Source: the human T2T-CHM13v2.0 reference genome, Homo sapiens
Length of the DNA: 64,000 nt
Assembly: GCF_009914755.1 (NCBI RefSeq)
Contig: NC_060925.1
Direction: 5' to 3' (one strand)
Below, one piece after another: positions 25,400 to 39,085 of this stretch. Positions within the stretch are counted from its first letter, which is position 1, and each line of letters begins with the position of its first letter. Under the pieces are notes generated by a model. That model had not been told where the DNA came from, searched no databases, and was given only the letters and a program-made list of their open reading frames with translations. The translations under genes and the position numbers were made by a program.

Positions 25400-25800
25400 C
25401 TACCACCACCACCACTTCCCCTAGAAATGACTACTTCTAACCTCGCACCCCAGTTCCAGCACCGGGTCCAATGGGAGCTACCAGCCACCTTCTGACATGC
25501 CCTTCTTCTTGGCCACTGCGACCAACTCAAAGGCCCACCTGATGTGGTCTGAACCAGTGAGAGTCCTTCCCGGGGATATTTCAAACTGCAGCCAGGGAAA
25601 GAGCAAAATGTCCCCTGCCTGAGAGACAAAATGGGGAGGCTGGGAACAGCTGGTGGCCTTTTCCCACATGGTATGAAAAAGTGACTCCTCAGACTCTGTC
25701 AACACGGCCCTTACTAGATTTTGGGCACCTGAGCCAGTAATCATCTCTTCATCTCAGCCAGTTTGCACTGTGGTTCTGTTACTCACAACCAAAAGAATTC
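25400..25800 (+). mobile_element. Very old MLT1-like LTR fragment
   Basis: Ends with ttctgttactcacaaccaaaaga; family uncertain. Confidence 0.4.
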
Positions 25801-25878
25801 TGTTGTGATAAATGAATCCATGTACACCAAATGCCTGGCACGGTGCCTGGATCGAAGCAGATGCGTGATTGTTGTTAG

Positions 25879-26299
<421 letters not shown>

Positions 26300-27029
26300 T
26301 GAGCTTGTCTGCATGGGATTAGGAGCTGCTACGAGGCAAGGGCTCTGTGGGGCTTATCCCGCACCTCTCTGTGCCCAGCACATAGAATGTGCCCCAAAAT
26401 GCCTGTCACAGTGGAAGTCAGCACTGAACAGAATGAAGCCTCAGGATCCTTATAAACTGAAGAGGGCTCCATAAAATGTGTAAAAAGGGAAGGGCCGTCT
26501 GTATGGAAGGGACTGTAATTGCAGTTTTCTTAGCCAAATAAATAACCCTCACCATGAAAGGAGGCCTTCTGAGTGATAGATGGCTCTGAGGCCCTGGAGG
26601 GGACATGGGTATTTCTCAAGGCCGCCAGTCAAACAACTTAACCACATAACATTTCTCTCTCCATAGCAACCAGCCCGGCCTCCTCTGCCAGGCCCCAGCA
26701 CCTGTGCCCCTCAAAGGCCCTCAGCTCTCGTGGCTGCTGCCTTCTGCAGCCCACCACTGGCTGGGCACACTCATCCTCAACTCACACTTGTAAGAAAGGA
26801 CCAGGCTGAGGGGAGGGGCATGTGGTAGGGATCCAGAGTCCAGAAATGGGCCAGGCTGAGGGCCATCGGCCCCTCTGGCTCTGATCTCATGGGCCATTAC
26901 GCTCAGCATGGCCTGCCTCTATTATCCTCTAGCCATCCCCCAGGGGAGTGGGTACCCCCAGGGAGTTGGAGGGGCAGGAACAGGAGAGGAGAGGAAGCCT
27001 TCTAGATACAGGTGTCAGAGACAGGGCAT

Positions 27030-27135
27030 CACATCCCCATTGTACAGATGAGAAAACTGAGAGGGTCGCAGGTGAAGGAACCAACCCAAGGTTACGCATC
27101 TAGCAAGTGGCAGAGTCGCCCCCAGATCTGCCTGA
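27030..27135 (-). mobile_element. MIR core
   Basis: ccccattgtacagatgagaaaactgag...cccaaggttac. Confidence 0.7.
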
Positions 27136-27556
27136 GTCCTCATCCTGCATTCTCTTCTCTGTATGATCCTGTTCCCCTCTCAGATCCTCACATCATCCGT
27201 GTGCTTAGCTGGACTAGAAACAAGTTTCAGGGGTCTGGGGGAGCCCCACAAGGAGGAAGGTCTCAGCGGGCAGATTCTTCTGAAGGTTTCCATGCCACTC
27301 CCACCACTCCCAGGTCCCATCCAGAGAGTGGCTTTCAGAGCCTGGGAAGATGGACACCCTCACCCCCTTGGGTGCTAGCACAGGGAGGCAGTGGAGACAG
27401 TGAGTATACAGAACTCCTTCAAGAAACCCGTCAATGAACAGAGAGGGAGGTTTTACAGAACAGGCAAGCAACCTGGACCAGAGAAAGGGGTTCATGGAGG
27501 TGGAGAGGAGCAACTCACCTGGGTGTAGGGGAGGCAGGGAGGCATGGCACCTAGAG

Positions 27557-27777
27557 CAGGGATCGGAAATTTTCTCTGTAAGGGGCCAGAGAGTAAATGT
27601 TTTCAGCTTTGCAGGCCATACAATCTCTTTTGCAATCACCCAACTGCCATCATAGCACAAAAGCAGCCAAAGACCACGTGTCAACACATAAGCATGGCCA
27701 TATCTTAATAAAACTTTATTTACAAAAATCGATACCATAATGCATTTGGCCCACGGGCTGTAAGTTTACACCACCTA
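27557..27777. mobile_element. MER58A (hAT-Charlie)
   Basis: ctgtaaggggccagagagtaaatgttttcagctttgcaggcca...aataaaactttatttacaaaaa; 8-bp TSD acctagag/atctagag. Confidence 0.88.
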
Positions 27778-28977
27778 ATCTAGAGCACAGGAAGCTGCAG
27801 GTACTTCTGGAGGAGCAGTTGGGGGTAATAAACTTTGGAGAGAAGGGGAACCTTGTCTGCTGAGTGCTGTCCACAGTGCCAACATATAGTAGGTGCTCTC
27901 TGAACACTGACAGGAACTCCTGGATGCTGAGGCAGGAAGGAAGAACAAGGCACTGGGTAAATGTACAGAGAAATGTTGAGCTTAAGCCTGATGGTCTTCA
28001 CCTTCTGAAGAGAGAAAAGGGAATAAATCAGGAGGTGGAGAATTGGTGGTTTCACGAAAGTGGGAAAGGCTTGCATGGCAGGCAGGCATCAGAGCCTAGC
28101 CACTCCAACAGCTGTGCCCAACAGGGTTCATTAACACCCCCACCCCCATCAGATGAGAGGAAGGAGGTCTCCAGTGGAGACCAGAGTGCAGAGGGGAAGC
28201 AGCTTTGAAATCTGCTGATAGCACACAGACGAGTTTGTTACAAACTTATACAACAGGCCAGAGCACTGGGCCAAAAACTTGTAGACAGAAGCCAGCTGGT
28301 TTACTAGCCCAGCACTTTGAAATCACTGGATAGGCATAAGGGATGATCATCTATACCCACCACTGCCCGGAGAGTTCCGTACTGGGCTGCTCTGTGGCAC
28401 CAGGAAGTTTTTAGTCTTAAAGTAAAATAGCTCTGGTCTCCAAGCTGCTTGCCACCTGTGGCCTGGTGAGGCTGCACCCTTTTCTAAGAATTCTTTGCTC
28501 CTCTGAGGCCCACAGGGGCCCGTTCTGGTTTCTCAGGGAAATCCATGTTGAAGAGCCCTGATACTCTGAAGACACGAGGAGGAAGCATAGGGAAAGACCT
28601 GACTGACGTCTTAGGCCCACGGGGACCCTTGCAGCAAAGCAGACAGAAGAGATTGAAGGCACAGTAACACAGGAATAGGGTGCCTCTTCTATGACAGATG
28701 ACATTTTCCCCAGTAGCTGCATTTCGTGATCTATAGTGAATGTCACCTGGGACATCCCTTTGCCCTACGATGGCTTCCATGACCTCTTGTAATTGAGGGA
28801 GGTGGCGAGGCCATGAGGCAGGTGCTGTGCCTGCTGCTGCTCTGCACTTTGGCTTTCCCTTGGCTGCCACCAGTTTCCAAGGTTGGTCTCCCAGCCGAGG
28901 CCACCATGGGTGGCCGTGCAGTCTGCACAACTCCACAGGGCACCAGCTAAGAGGTGCAACAGACACAATTTTTGTAA

Positions 28978-29080
28978 CAACCCATTCTTAATGCCAGTTT
29001 TATGGAAGAGGAATTTGAGGCACTGAGAGGTCACACAAGGGCTAAGCAACCCAATCTTGAGCCAGTGCTCATCCACATTG
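28978..29080 (-). mobile_element. MIR fragment
   Basis: ttttatggaagaggaatttgaggcactgagaggtcacaca. Confidence 0.55.
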
Positions 29081-29229
29081 CACCAGGGGTGATGAACCCA
29101 TCTCTGCAGGATCCAGGCCTGTGAAGTAAGCAGGTCAAGCAGGCTGGGCATACATGCCTAGGCATATGCTGCGTGAGTGGAGGAGACCACAGCAAAAGCT
29201 AACGGAAAGGATGCCCGTCCAAGGGGAAC

Positions 29230-29452
29230 AGTCATGAATGGCCTGCCATATTGCTGCATGTGCGGGAAGCTAGGAATGTGAGACTGATGTTGCTATATCT
29301 TCTAATGTTTCAAGAGAAACCAGGACTCAGAGTATAAAGTAAAATAGCCTGATTTTTGAAAACCGCCTCAATTTTTTTTAATGCTATCAGTCCAAACAAA
29401 ACACATTTGCTGGCCAAATCAAGTCCATTAGCCACTGTTCTGCCCCCACTGT
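29230..29452. mobile_element. MER102-like hAT fragment
   Basis: tgttgctatatcttctaatgtttcaagagaaacc...ccaaacaaaacacatttgctggcc. Confidence 0.6.
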
Positions 29453-29469
29453 ACCATATATATTGTCTC

Positions 29470-29630
29470 TACCTTATCTCATTAAATGCACATGCCAGCC
29501 CCTAAAAGGTATATAATATTCATCCCCATCCAACAGATGAGGACACTGAGACTCAAAGAAGAAAAGGGACTTGCCCACAGCCACACAGCTAAGTACTGAA
29601 ACTGGAGTCTGTACTTTCTGCAGGGCCCTG
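29470..29630 (-). mobile_element. MIR
   Basis: acagatgaggacactgagactcaaaga...gacttgcccacagccacacagctaagt. Confidence 0.75.
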
Positions 29631-30069
29631 AACCACCCTATCAACACCAGGTTGCTCCCCAATGGTGAAAGCCTAGGATGTGTGGTTCCCCATGTCCACG
29701 GCCCAGTGCTGCATGTGGGGTCAAGACTGACATTCTGATGAAGCACTCAGAGGTTCCCCTCCCTGGCTGGGTTCCTTCAGTATTGGACTTCCCTCTTACT
29801 TAGGCTCAGCTGGTATTATCAGCCATTTCCCCTAGGCTGTCACTGACTGATGATGGGGACAGTAACCCCAGGGAGCCCTCAGCCTGGGTCACTAAGGAGG
29901 CAGTGAGTAGACCAGGTGGCCAAGTGCCCCAGTTAAAATAGAAACAATGGGAGCCCAACTCTCCATCCAGAACCTGAGCTTCTGCATCTGAAGATGGTTC
30001 CCCTTGACTGAGCCTGGGTATTGAGACCATCTGGTCCAACTTTGTTTTATGAACTTTATTATAAACTTA

Positions 30070-30520
30070 TAGGAGGAGGTGAGCTGAATGCTGGTTCAAT
30101 TAGGAGAATTTGTAACTTGCTGAACCCAGCGAGGGCTGATCAAACCTGAAGAAGGTCTCTGGAAGCCTGCCACAGGGCTCTGGCCTCAACTTTGACCTGT
30201 ACAACATTTTTATTAATGACTTAGTTGAAAACATAAAAGACTTGTTTACGAAATTTGTAGTTAATTTTTAAAAAGAATAAAAGGAGAGGCAGCCTACAAA
30301 AACATTGACAGGATCCAGATGGCTCTAGACAGGCTGGACTGATGGGCTGAATCTAATAAGATAAAATAAAACAGGGTTTAAATGTCATGTCCGAACTTGG
30401 CTTCAAAATAATAACTGCTCAAGGACAGGATTGAGGTGGGTGGGACAGTAATGGAACTTAGCAACAGCAGGTTTTAATAAGACTTAGAGGTTCAGTGAAC
30501 ACAGTCAACATGGCTACGAC
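30070..30520 (+). mobile_element. L3/CR1 LINE reverse-transcriptase fossil
   Basis: Translates LPQGSGLNFDLYNIFINDL..DLFTKFVVN, then DRIQMALDRLD*WAESNKIK, matching CR1 RT motifs PQGS..FNIFINDL..KFADD and DLDRL..WA..N. Confidence 0.8.
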
Positions 30521-30529
30521 ACTAAAAAA

Positions 30530-30870
30530 AAATCCAGATGTTCATACAACATTGCTTATAATAACTCGACACTGGAAGCAATCTAAGTGTCCACTAGACA
30601 TGGTTCATCTGTGAAGTTGACAACTATATAGCCATTAAAAATAATAATGGCATAAGAATATATTAAACAACATCAGGAAATATTATGAAGGGAAAAACAT
30701 TCGGTTACAAAGCAATAGTTCAAGCCCATTTTTATTTTTTAAGAAAAAGAATTGAAAAAAGTTATGGAAAGACACAGACCAAAATGTGAACTTCCCAGTT
30801 TCTGGGTGGTATTCGGGGTGACTTGTAGATGGTGGGGGAGGTCTCAGTAAATGCATAAAGCTTTTGAAGG
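30530..30870 (+). mobile_element. Old L1M 3' fragment
   Basis: gatgttcatacaacattgcttataata...actggaagcaatctaagtgtcca. Confidence 0.6.
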
Positions 30871-31054
30871 TATTCAAAAACTAATGCAATTCCCAGACAT
30901 AGAATGCTAGTGTCTAAAAAGTTGGAGAAAAAAATTCTACTGTACTTTGGCATGACCAAGCCTGGGGTCTTGAGTCTAGTTCCGGTGCCTCCCTTTACAA
31001 CTTAGTGATAGACGGTGAAGCAAACATTTTGAGTGCTTACAGTGTACCTGGTAA

Positions 31055-31363
<309 letters not shown>

Positions 31364-32489
31364 GGGCATATTCTTTTAATCAGTTATCTCATTCAGTTCC
31401 AATATCTCATGGCTCCCTACGAAATAGATACCAGGGCTTTCTCCATTTTACAAGACAAGGTTCAGAGAGACCAAGGAGCTTGCCCAAGACCAGACAGTTA
31501 GTGAACAGCAGCATCAAGATTTCCTGAAGACATTAGACCCTGAGAAAGGAACCTGGAAAGAGACAGCTTCCCAAATACTGTGAGTGCTGCTGAGCATGAA
31601 GCATTCCTGACAGCCCCACACTGGGAATCCTCTACGGCTGGCTGCCAAGGGTTCTGATTGACTAAGGGTCCCTAGTCTTCTTGGGAGAAATTGGGAAGGT
31701 GCCATTGGGATTGAATATTGGGGCCATTGGGACTGAATTTCTGGATCCTGAACTTTGAAATTAAGACCCCCTCTCGCAGAAAAGGAAGAAAGTTCTGATT
31801 CTTGGGTTTGAGGAAGTCAAAGAACATAAGACTGGAGTCAGGGGAGGAGAAACAGGAGTGTGAAGTCAAAAAACTAGTCACATCCTTACCCACCTCAACC
31901 CAGTGTAGCCTCTAAAGGACTTCGTTAAAGCTCTTTCTTGTTAAAAACTGAACAGCCTAAAAGATCTGTAGCTCCTTGGATGCCAGCCCATATTAGGACA
32001 ACTGAGGAGTCCACATACTTAGAAAGGTCTCCACTGAGGAAGAAAGCCCATCATGGTGGGCCTAGGGAGCAGATCAGCAGAGCCAGGCCATCTACAGTCC
32101 TGGGAGAGGGCACAGCAGCTCTGGGCACACCATTCCCCCTGGGTATGACCACAGCCAAGCACCCCAGGGTTGGGACTTTTGAATACCTTCTCCCGTCTTG
32201 AAAACACATGGGCTTAGTCTAGAGGAGAAAGAGACCTTTTCAGTGTGACCCCAAAGAGCAGCTTCAGCTCTAATGTGGAAGGAATAAGAGAGCCACACTT
32301 CAGCTCCCAGCAAGTGATGTCCTACAGTGGAGGAGCACTGATCTCAAAAAGAAGTGGTGTCCAGCAGATGGTCTCCCACAGGTATTCCAGCAGATATCAG
32401 ATGACCACTGTTTATGAGAAGCAATGTAGAAGGGATCGTACATTGAAACATTGAAGACCTAAGCCTTAAAGACCCTAAACCTTGAAGAC

Positions 32490-32600
32490 CATGAGGGTCA
32501 GGACTCTGGGTTTGCTCAACATTTTTCCCCAGGTCCTTTGCACATGACCTAGATTGTGGTAGATGCTTGACCGTAGATGCTGTTGAATTGAGTGAGATGA
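32490..32600 (+). mobile_element. L2 3' end
   Basis: catgagggtcaggactctgggtttgctca...gtagatgct...tgttgaattga. Confidence 0.55.
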
Positions 32601-34242
32601 AAGGTTAGACCAAATTACACCTAAGGGCCCTGTTAGAACTTGGTCTGTGATCTTGGTGAATTTTATAGTTAATGTCGATGAACTCTCTTTTTTATCACGA
32701 CTCTTTTTAAATACAGAAGTGAATGTTTATTTAGAAGGAGGAGAGGCAGGAATCACAGCAAATTGCAGATGCCTTATGGACTCAGGTTACTTTCTTTCTT
32801 TCTTTCTTGAAGGTACAATAAGCATGGTTTTACTAACAACAAAACAGTACACACATAAATAAATCCGCTCTTCCTACTTGATTCCGTCTGCTTTGTGCAT
32901 CTATTCACTTACAATGCATCATGTCTCATCTCATGTCTGTGCCTGCATTTAACCCAGTTACAGTCCCAGTGGGCAAATGACTCTGTGTCCCTTTCAGCCC
33001 ATAACATCTCACCCTAGTTGCTTCACCCTGAGCCCCCACATAGCACCCCATGATCCCACTATGCCACTTAACCAAGCCCCAGAAGTGGCACATTTGATTG
33101 TTTCCAATATTTTGCACCTACAAAAGTATGCAGCTAAAAACATGGGTATTGCAAATATTTGTTTTCCCTCTTGGTTATTTCCTTGGAGTCAGCTTTGCAA
33201 AAGGAGATTGTGGGATGTCTTCCTCCAGTTGTTGACTATCTCCTCTGGCAGATTTGGGCCCTTAAACTCAAGTTTTTCCAGCTGCTAGGGATTGTAATGA
33301 TGTCTCGGTCCCACTGCAAGAGGACAAGAGACCAAGAGCCTTCTTACTCAGATGCTTAGTTGTACTAAAACATCCCAACGACTTCTGAGGATGGGAAATC
33401 CATAGGCTTGTCTTCAGCTCATTTATGTCATCCATGAGTCACAAAAAGCCAGAATAAATGTCCTCCCCCTTCACACACCCTTCCGGAAACTCCCCTGCTA
33501 CAATTCCACAGTCTTGGAGATGGGTCCCAGGTGAGGGTCTCCTGGCACAAAATGATTCTCCTGGAATTCATTGTTTATTTCCTTTCTTCTTATAGCTTAT
33601 GCTGGCAGGAGGATGTGGGAAGACTGCGAAATAAGACACTCAGGCATTTGGGCTTCTGTGAGGGTGCTCACTTCAGATAGTAAGGTTTACCGCAGACACA
33701 TCATCATGAAAAGCAAGCAGAAAACTGTCATGTTTGGGATTCCTAACCCAGCACAAATGGTCACATCTGACTCTGCTCAGCAGAGTAACCTGGCCAAAAA
33801 TCTAAATGGTTTTCCAGCACTTACTGCCCATAGATAAGAGCCTTCTGGCAAGATGGAACACTTTCCAGTGCCACCAGCAGAGTACAAATGTGTGTCCCTC
33901 CCTCCACACCATCCCAAAATTAGCACTTAGCCTGGCTGTCCTTTCTTGCTGGTTTAATGGCTGCATAATAGGACTCACAGGTGCTGGAATGCGCTGTGCA
34001 TGTGTCTGTGTGGTGACGAGTTGTATGTCTTTCCCGGTGGATAGGATCAGTACCCCTGGGGACTGAGTCCCCTGTGGTGAAGCAGAGAGTGCTGGATGTG
34101 CTGCCTGTCCCCTGAACTCCTTGTTATGACACCTTCCTCAGATATTAGCTTCATTACAATTTGTTGCACAAAAGGTTTTTCTTGCAGTGTATTCCGGGCT
34201 AATTTTAGAAATTTGTTTTCACCTTCCGACATTGATTCCTGG

Positions 34243-34260
34243 GGCAGCTTGCAAGCTGCC
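34243..34260. repeat. Perfect 18-bp palindrome with distal 8-bp inverted arms
   Basis: GGCAGCTTGCAAGCTGCC; CATTGATT (34230-34237) pairs with AATCAATG (34271-34278). Confidence 0.9.
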
Positions 34261-34524
34261 TGGAACGAAAAATCAATGGTGACAGCAGTGGAGTGGGCTC
34301 CAGTTCTTCATTAACCCAGAGCTCCCAGCAGTCCCACTCGTGTCTCTTCCCTCAGGGCTAGCCCTAGACAAAAATGGACAGTCAGGAAGTTTTCCTTTGG
34401 TGCCCTCAGCCTTTCTGTTCTGAGCCCTTTCCATCTCCCTGTTCTCTTCATCTCCTTTACCAAACTTACTCTTCACCCAGTGTGGAGATGGATTTCGGGA
34501 GAGGAAGTGAAGTCAGATCCACTG

Positions 34525-34730
34525 AGGGTCTGCACATATGCCAGGCTAGGCAGTTTATATGCATGCCCTCTTAAAGCCTATCAATAATTCTCACAGCTTT
34601 GTATTGCTCCCATTTCACAGAAGAGGAAACCGAGATGCAAAAAGATCAACAAACAAGCCTAGTGTTGCAGAGCTTGTAAGGTGGAGCTGGGATCAGAACC
34701 TCTAGCTCCAAAGCCTGTGTTTGCACCATT
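34525..34730 (-). mobile_element. MIR
   Basis: ctcccatttcacagaagaggaaaccgag...gtaaggtggagctgggatcagaacc. Confidence 0.7.
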
Positions 34731-35161
34731 GTTCGCTGTTACACTGATAATTACCACAGTGCAGAAATCCAGGAGCAGGTGTTTGGAGAAGTAGCATCCC
34801 CCAGGGTCACAGAAAGTGTATACTTTGCCCTGCACCCGGCTGCCCCTGCTCAGCCAAAGGCTCTGCTGAGTTCCACACACAGGAACTGGCCCTAATGAAG
34901 TCTCTAGGGACATCAGGCTGTGCTCCTGAGTCTCAATTCCACCCACAGGAGGTGGCAGAATGGACCAAAGAAGTTCTAAATGAGAATTCACAGGTGCCAG
35001 AGCAGAACTGTGCAGAACGTCTGGCCACAGGTCTTTCACAAGACGTTCGGGGCAAAAAGTGGATGTTGGAGATCTTCCAAAGGAGTTAAGGAGAGCAAAG
35101 CAGAACATAGAGGCAGTGAATCCAGAGGCAAGAAGGAGGTAGGGCTGGAGGAAGTCTAGAT

Positions 35162-35790
<629 letters not shown>

Positions 35791-35901
35791 CTAGATCCAC
35801 GGCTTTTAAATTATGTCCCATGGAACACAGCCTTCCTCAGAAATGTTTCAAGAGGTCCCTAAACATTTGGTTTGAATTTCATTTTTAGGAATTTTTAACT
35901 A

Positions 35902-36240
<339 letters not shown>

Positions 36241-36419
36241 TTAAAAAGTAATGTAAAAATATTCGCACTTAAAGACATCCCACTCCAAATTTTAATGCAG
36301 TGAAGAAAATCAATAGAAAAATTTGTGTTCATGTGTGAAAGGAAATATTATGTAATTCATCCTCTTATAGGAGAAGTTTGTACTAATAAAACGTCTCTTA
36401 ATCGTTTTAAATATTAGTA

Positions 36420-36742
36420 CAACCATGTGTCACCTAACGATGGGGATACATTCTGAGAAATGTGTCGTTAGGCAATTTTGTCATTGCGTGAACATCATAG
36501 AGTGTACTTACACAAACCTAGAGGGTATATATATTTTTATTTATATGTATATTTATCATATGGAAAACTAAATGTCCCAGCACCATTACAGAATATCAAT
36601 CATTTCCCCCTACTTGATCTGCAATGCCAATATCAAGTGCCATATATCAAGTTTCTGTATAAACTCCATTATCATCTTATGAGACCACTGTCATATATAT
36701 GGTCCGACATTGACCAAAATATCATTATATGGAGCATGTCTA
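36420..36742. mobile_element. Tigger3/GOLEM non-autonomous element
   Basis: taacgatggggatacattctgagaaatgtgtcgttaggcaattttgtcattgcgtgaacatcatagagtgtacttacacaaaccta; preceded by TA. Confidence 0.85.
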
Positions 36743-36774
36743 CAATTTATGTTACGTTTCAATTAAGAAATAAC

Positions 36775-37015
36775 AATAACAACCAACATTAATTGCATAT
36801 TCACCACATACTGAGTGCTTTTTGAGAATCACCTCAGCAAATTCTCACAAGAAATCTTGGATTTGGGTAATAGTATTCTCTTCATTTGCAGAGAAAATGA
36901 AGATGCTGATGCTGGAGAGTTCAACAACTTGCCCAAGGTGGCAGTGAATGACGTCAGGATTCAAACCCAACCCCAGCTGCGTAACTTCTAAACCAAAGCT
37001 CCTAAGCACCACACT
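36775..37015 (-). mobile_element. MIR
   Basis: caacttgcccaaggt...caggattcaaaccca. Confidence 0.7.
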
Positions 37016-37164
37016 ACAATTAAAAACAAACAGACCAACCTACCATGCCAGTATGAATTCTGAGCTTTGTCAAACTTCAGGCTACCTCGTGTCAACTCTC
37101 CCTTCATGCCAATCACTCACTCTCTCATCAGGCCCTTGTACACACATGTACACACCACGCAGCA

Positions 37165-38560
37165 TTCTGTTTAGTGCAACAAATATTTACTGACATTACT
37201 ATGCATCAGGATTAGCTGTGCTGCTTTTGTAGCCAAGATAAATCATTTTAATTCCTACTTACCCCCCAGCTACCTAGGGAGAGGTCAGATTTTATCGTGT
37301 AAATGATATGAAGCCAATGAAGGGTATAAGCAAAGGGTTGACAAAAAGGATCATATTTGTATTTTCAAAAGCTCATTCTAGAAGCAGCAGGGAGAGTAGA
37401 TTGAAAATTACTGGGATTGAAGAAAGAACACCAATTAAAAAGCTGTTAGATTGGGGAGAGCAGATAGAAGAGGGGGCTACAAATGAGAAAAATACTGAAT
37501 AACTGAGTAATCATTGAGAGGGTCAAAAAGAAAACTTCAAGGCTGACTCTAGTTTCTGGTTAAAGTAGCTGAGTTCATGGTGGGAGCATGTGCTGAAATA
37601 GAAGAGACAAGAGGAGGTCTGGGTTGTGGGGAATGAGCATACAGGATGAATTTAGATTTTGATATTGACATTGACATTGTAATCAATGCACAACATCCAT
37701 TCAGGCCTTCTGCCACCTGTCCCAGAAATGCGATGTGAGGAATCACTCCAGATCCAGGATGGGCCTTGACCCGTGTAACCCAATCATGACAACCCATCCC
37801 GTAATAATCCCCCTTGCTTATAACTGGTTGGAGTAGAAGTCTAAGCCAATAAGCACATATTATTCCCTTGTGTCTTTATTGGTGTTGGGGCCATAAGTTG
37901 ATTCATTCAGACCAAAGAAAAGCATCTGTCTTCAATAACTGTGGGAGAGGAGCTCTCTGCTGAGAACAGAAAACAAACAGTCCTGATTAGGACTGACAGT
38001 GATCTTCCAATTCAAGAGATAAGGCCATTCTAGAAGAAGAATATAATGGAAAGATAGAAAAACTTGGACCCTCAATGAATTCATTGAACCATTGGATCAA
38101 GCCATCCAGAAGGTCAACCTGTCCCCTTCTTTTATATGAGCCAATAAATTTCCTTATTGTTTAAGACATTTTGAGTGGGGTTTTCTGCCATGTACAGCCA
38201 CGAGCATCCTAACTGACACAGATATGTTGAATGGAGCTGAGGTGACCCAAGAAGTCAAGTGGGAGAAACAGGTCTGATGTCATCAGGCAGAATTTAAACT
38301 GAGAAAGTAGATGAGACTGACTCAAGAAAGCACGTACAGCGTGGAGGGGAAAGCAGTGCAGGGCCAAGGCCAGGACCCTGGAGAGCGCTAGTGTTGGTAG
38401 GCATAAATTGCTCTACAGAAGAAACGGAATAGGAAAGAGAAGATGGTCTAGATGTGGGGTGGAGACTCAAAGAATATTGCCATGGAAGTGGGGAGAGAAG
38501 AGAAAGAAGGGAAGAAATGAGAGAGGGGGATGGGTCGACTGCTGAATGAAGGAGAACACT
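37165..38560 (-). mobile_element. L2 fragments flanking an MLT1 insertion
   Basis: caacaaatatttactga; ttcaaaagctcattctag; tagtttctgg; resumes after 38225. Confidence 0.55.
37678..38220 (+). mobile_element. MLT1J/K-type LTR
   Basis: 3' end tatatgagccaataaattccttattgtttaag...catcctaactgacaca; TSD gacat/gatat. Confidence 0.72.
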
Positions 38561-38599
38561 ATAGAAAGAGATGTTGACAGGGAGAGGGGTAGGAGGAAT

Positions 38600-39085
38600 A
38601 TTAATTAAGGTGCAGGACAAGCTGCTGTACCAATGAGACCCATAAATCCAGTGGTTTGAATAAAATAGAAGTTTATTTCTCTCCCACACAACAGGCCAGA
38701 GGGAGAGAGTGTCAAGAGCAGTTGCGGGCAGTTCTTTTCCTCAAGGTCTCAAGAGTTCTTCTGTCTGGTTGCTTGGCCATCCCATAGGATCTTGCCTTTG
38801 TCCATACAGCCACAGCAGCTCATCTCCAGCACTTCCAGTTCCACCTCATTGAAAGGAGGAAACAGACAATGTTCACTGCAAATAACTTCCATATAAGGAT
38901 GTGCTCTGGAAATTGCACACATCGTTTTAGCAAGAACTGAGTAGACATCCACATCCAGCTGCAGGGAGTCTGGGAACTGTGGTCCTGAGCTAAATGATCA
39001 TGTTCTTCCCTAAAATTCATGGCTCCTTGACTAAAAGGAAGGAGAGAATGGGCATTTGGGGACACTTAACAAGCTCGGCCACTAG
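38600..39085 (-). mobile_element. MLT1J-type LTR
   Basis: cagtggtttgaataaaatagaagtttatttctctc...ccagctgcagggagtctgggaactgtggtc. Confidence 0.7.
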
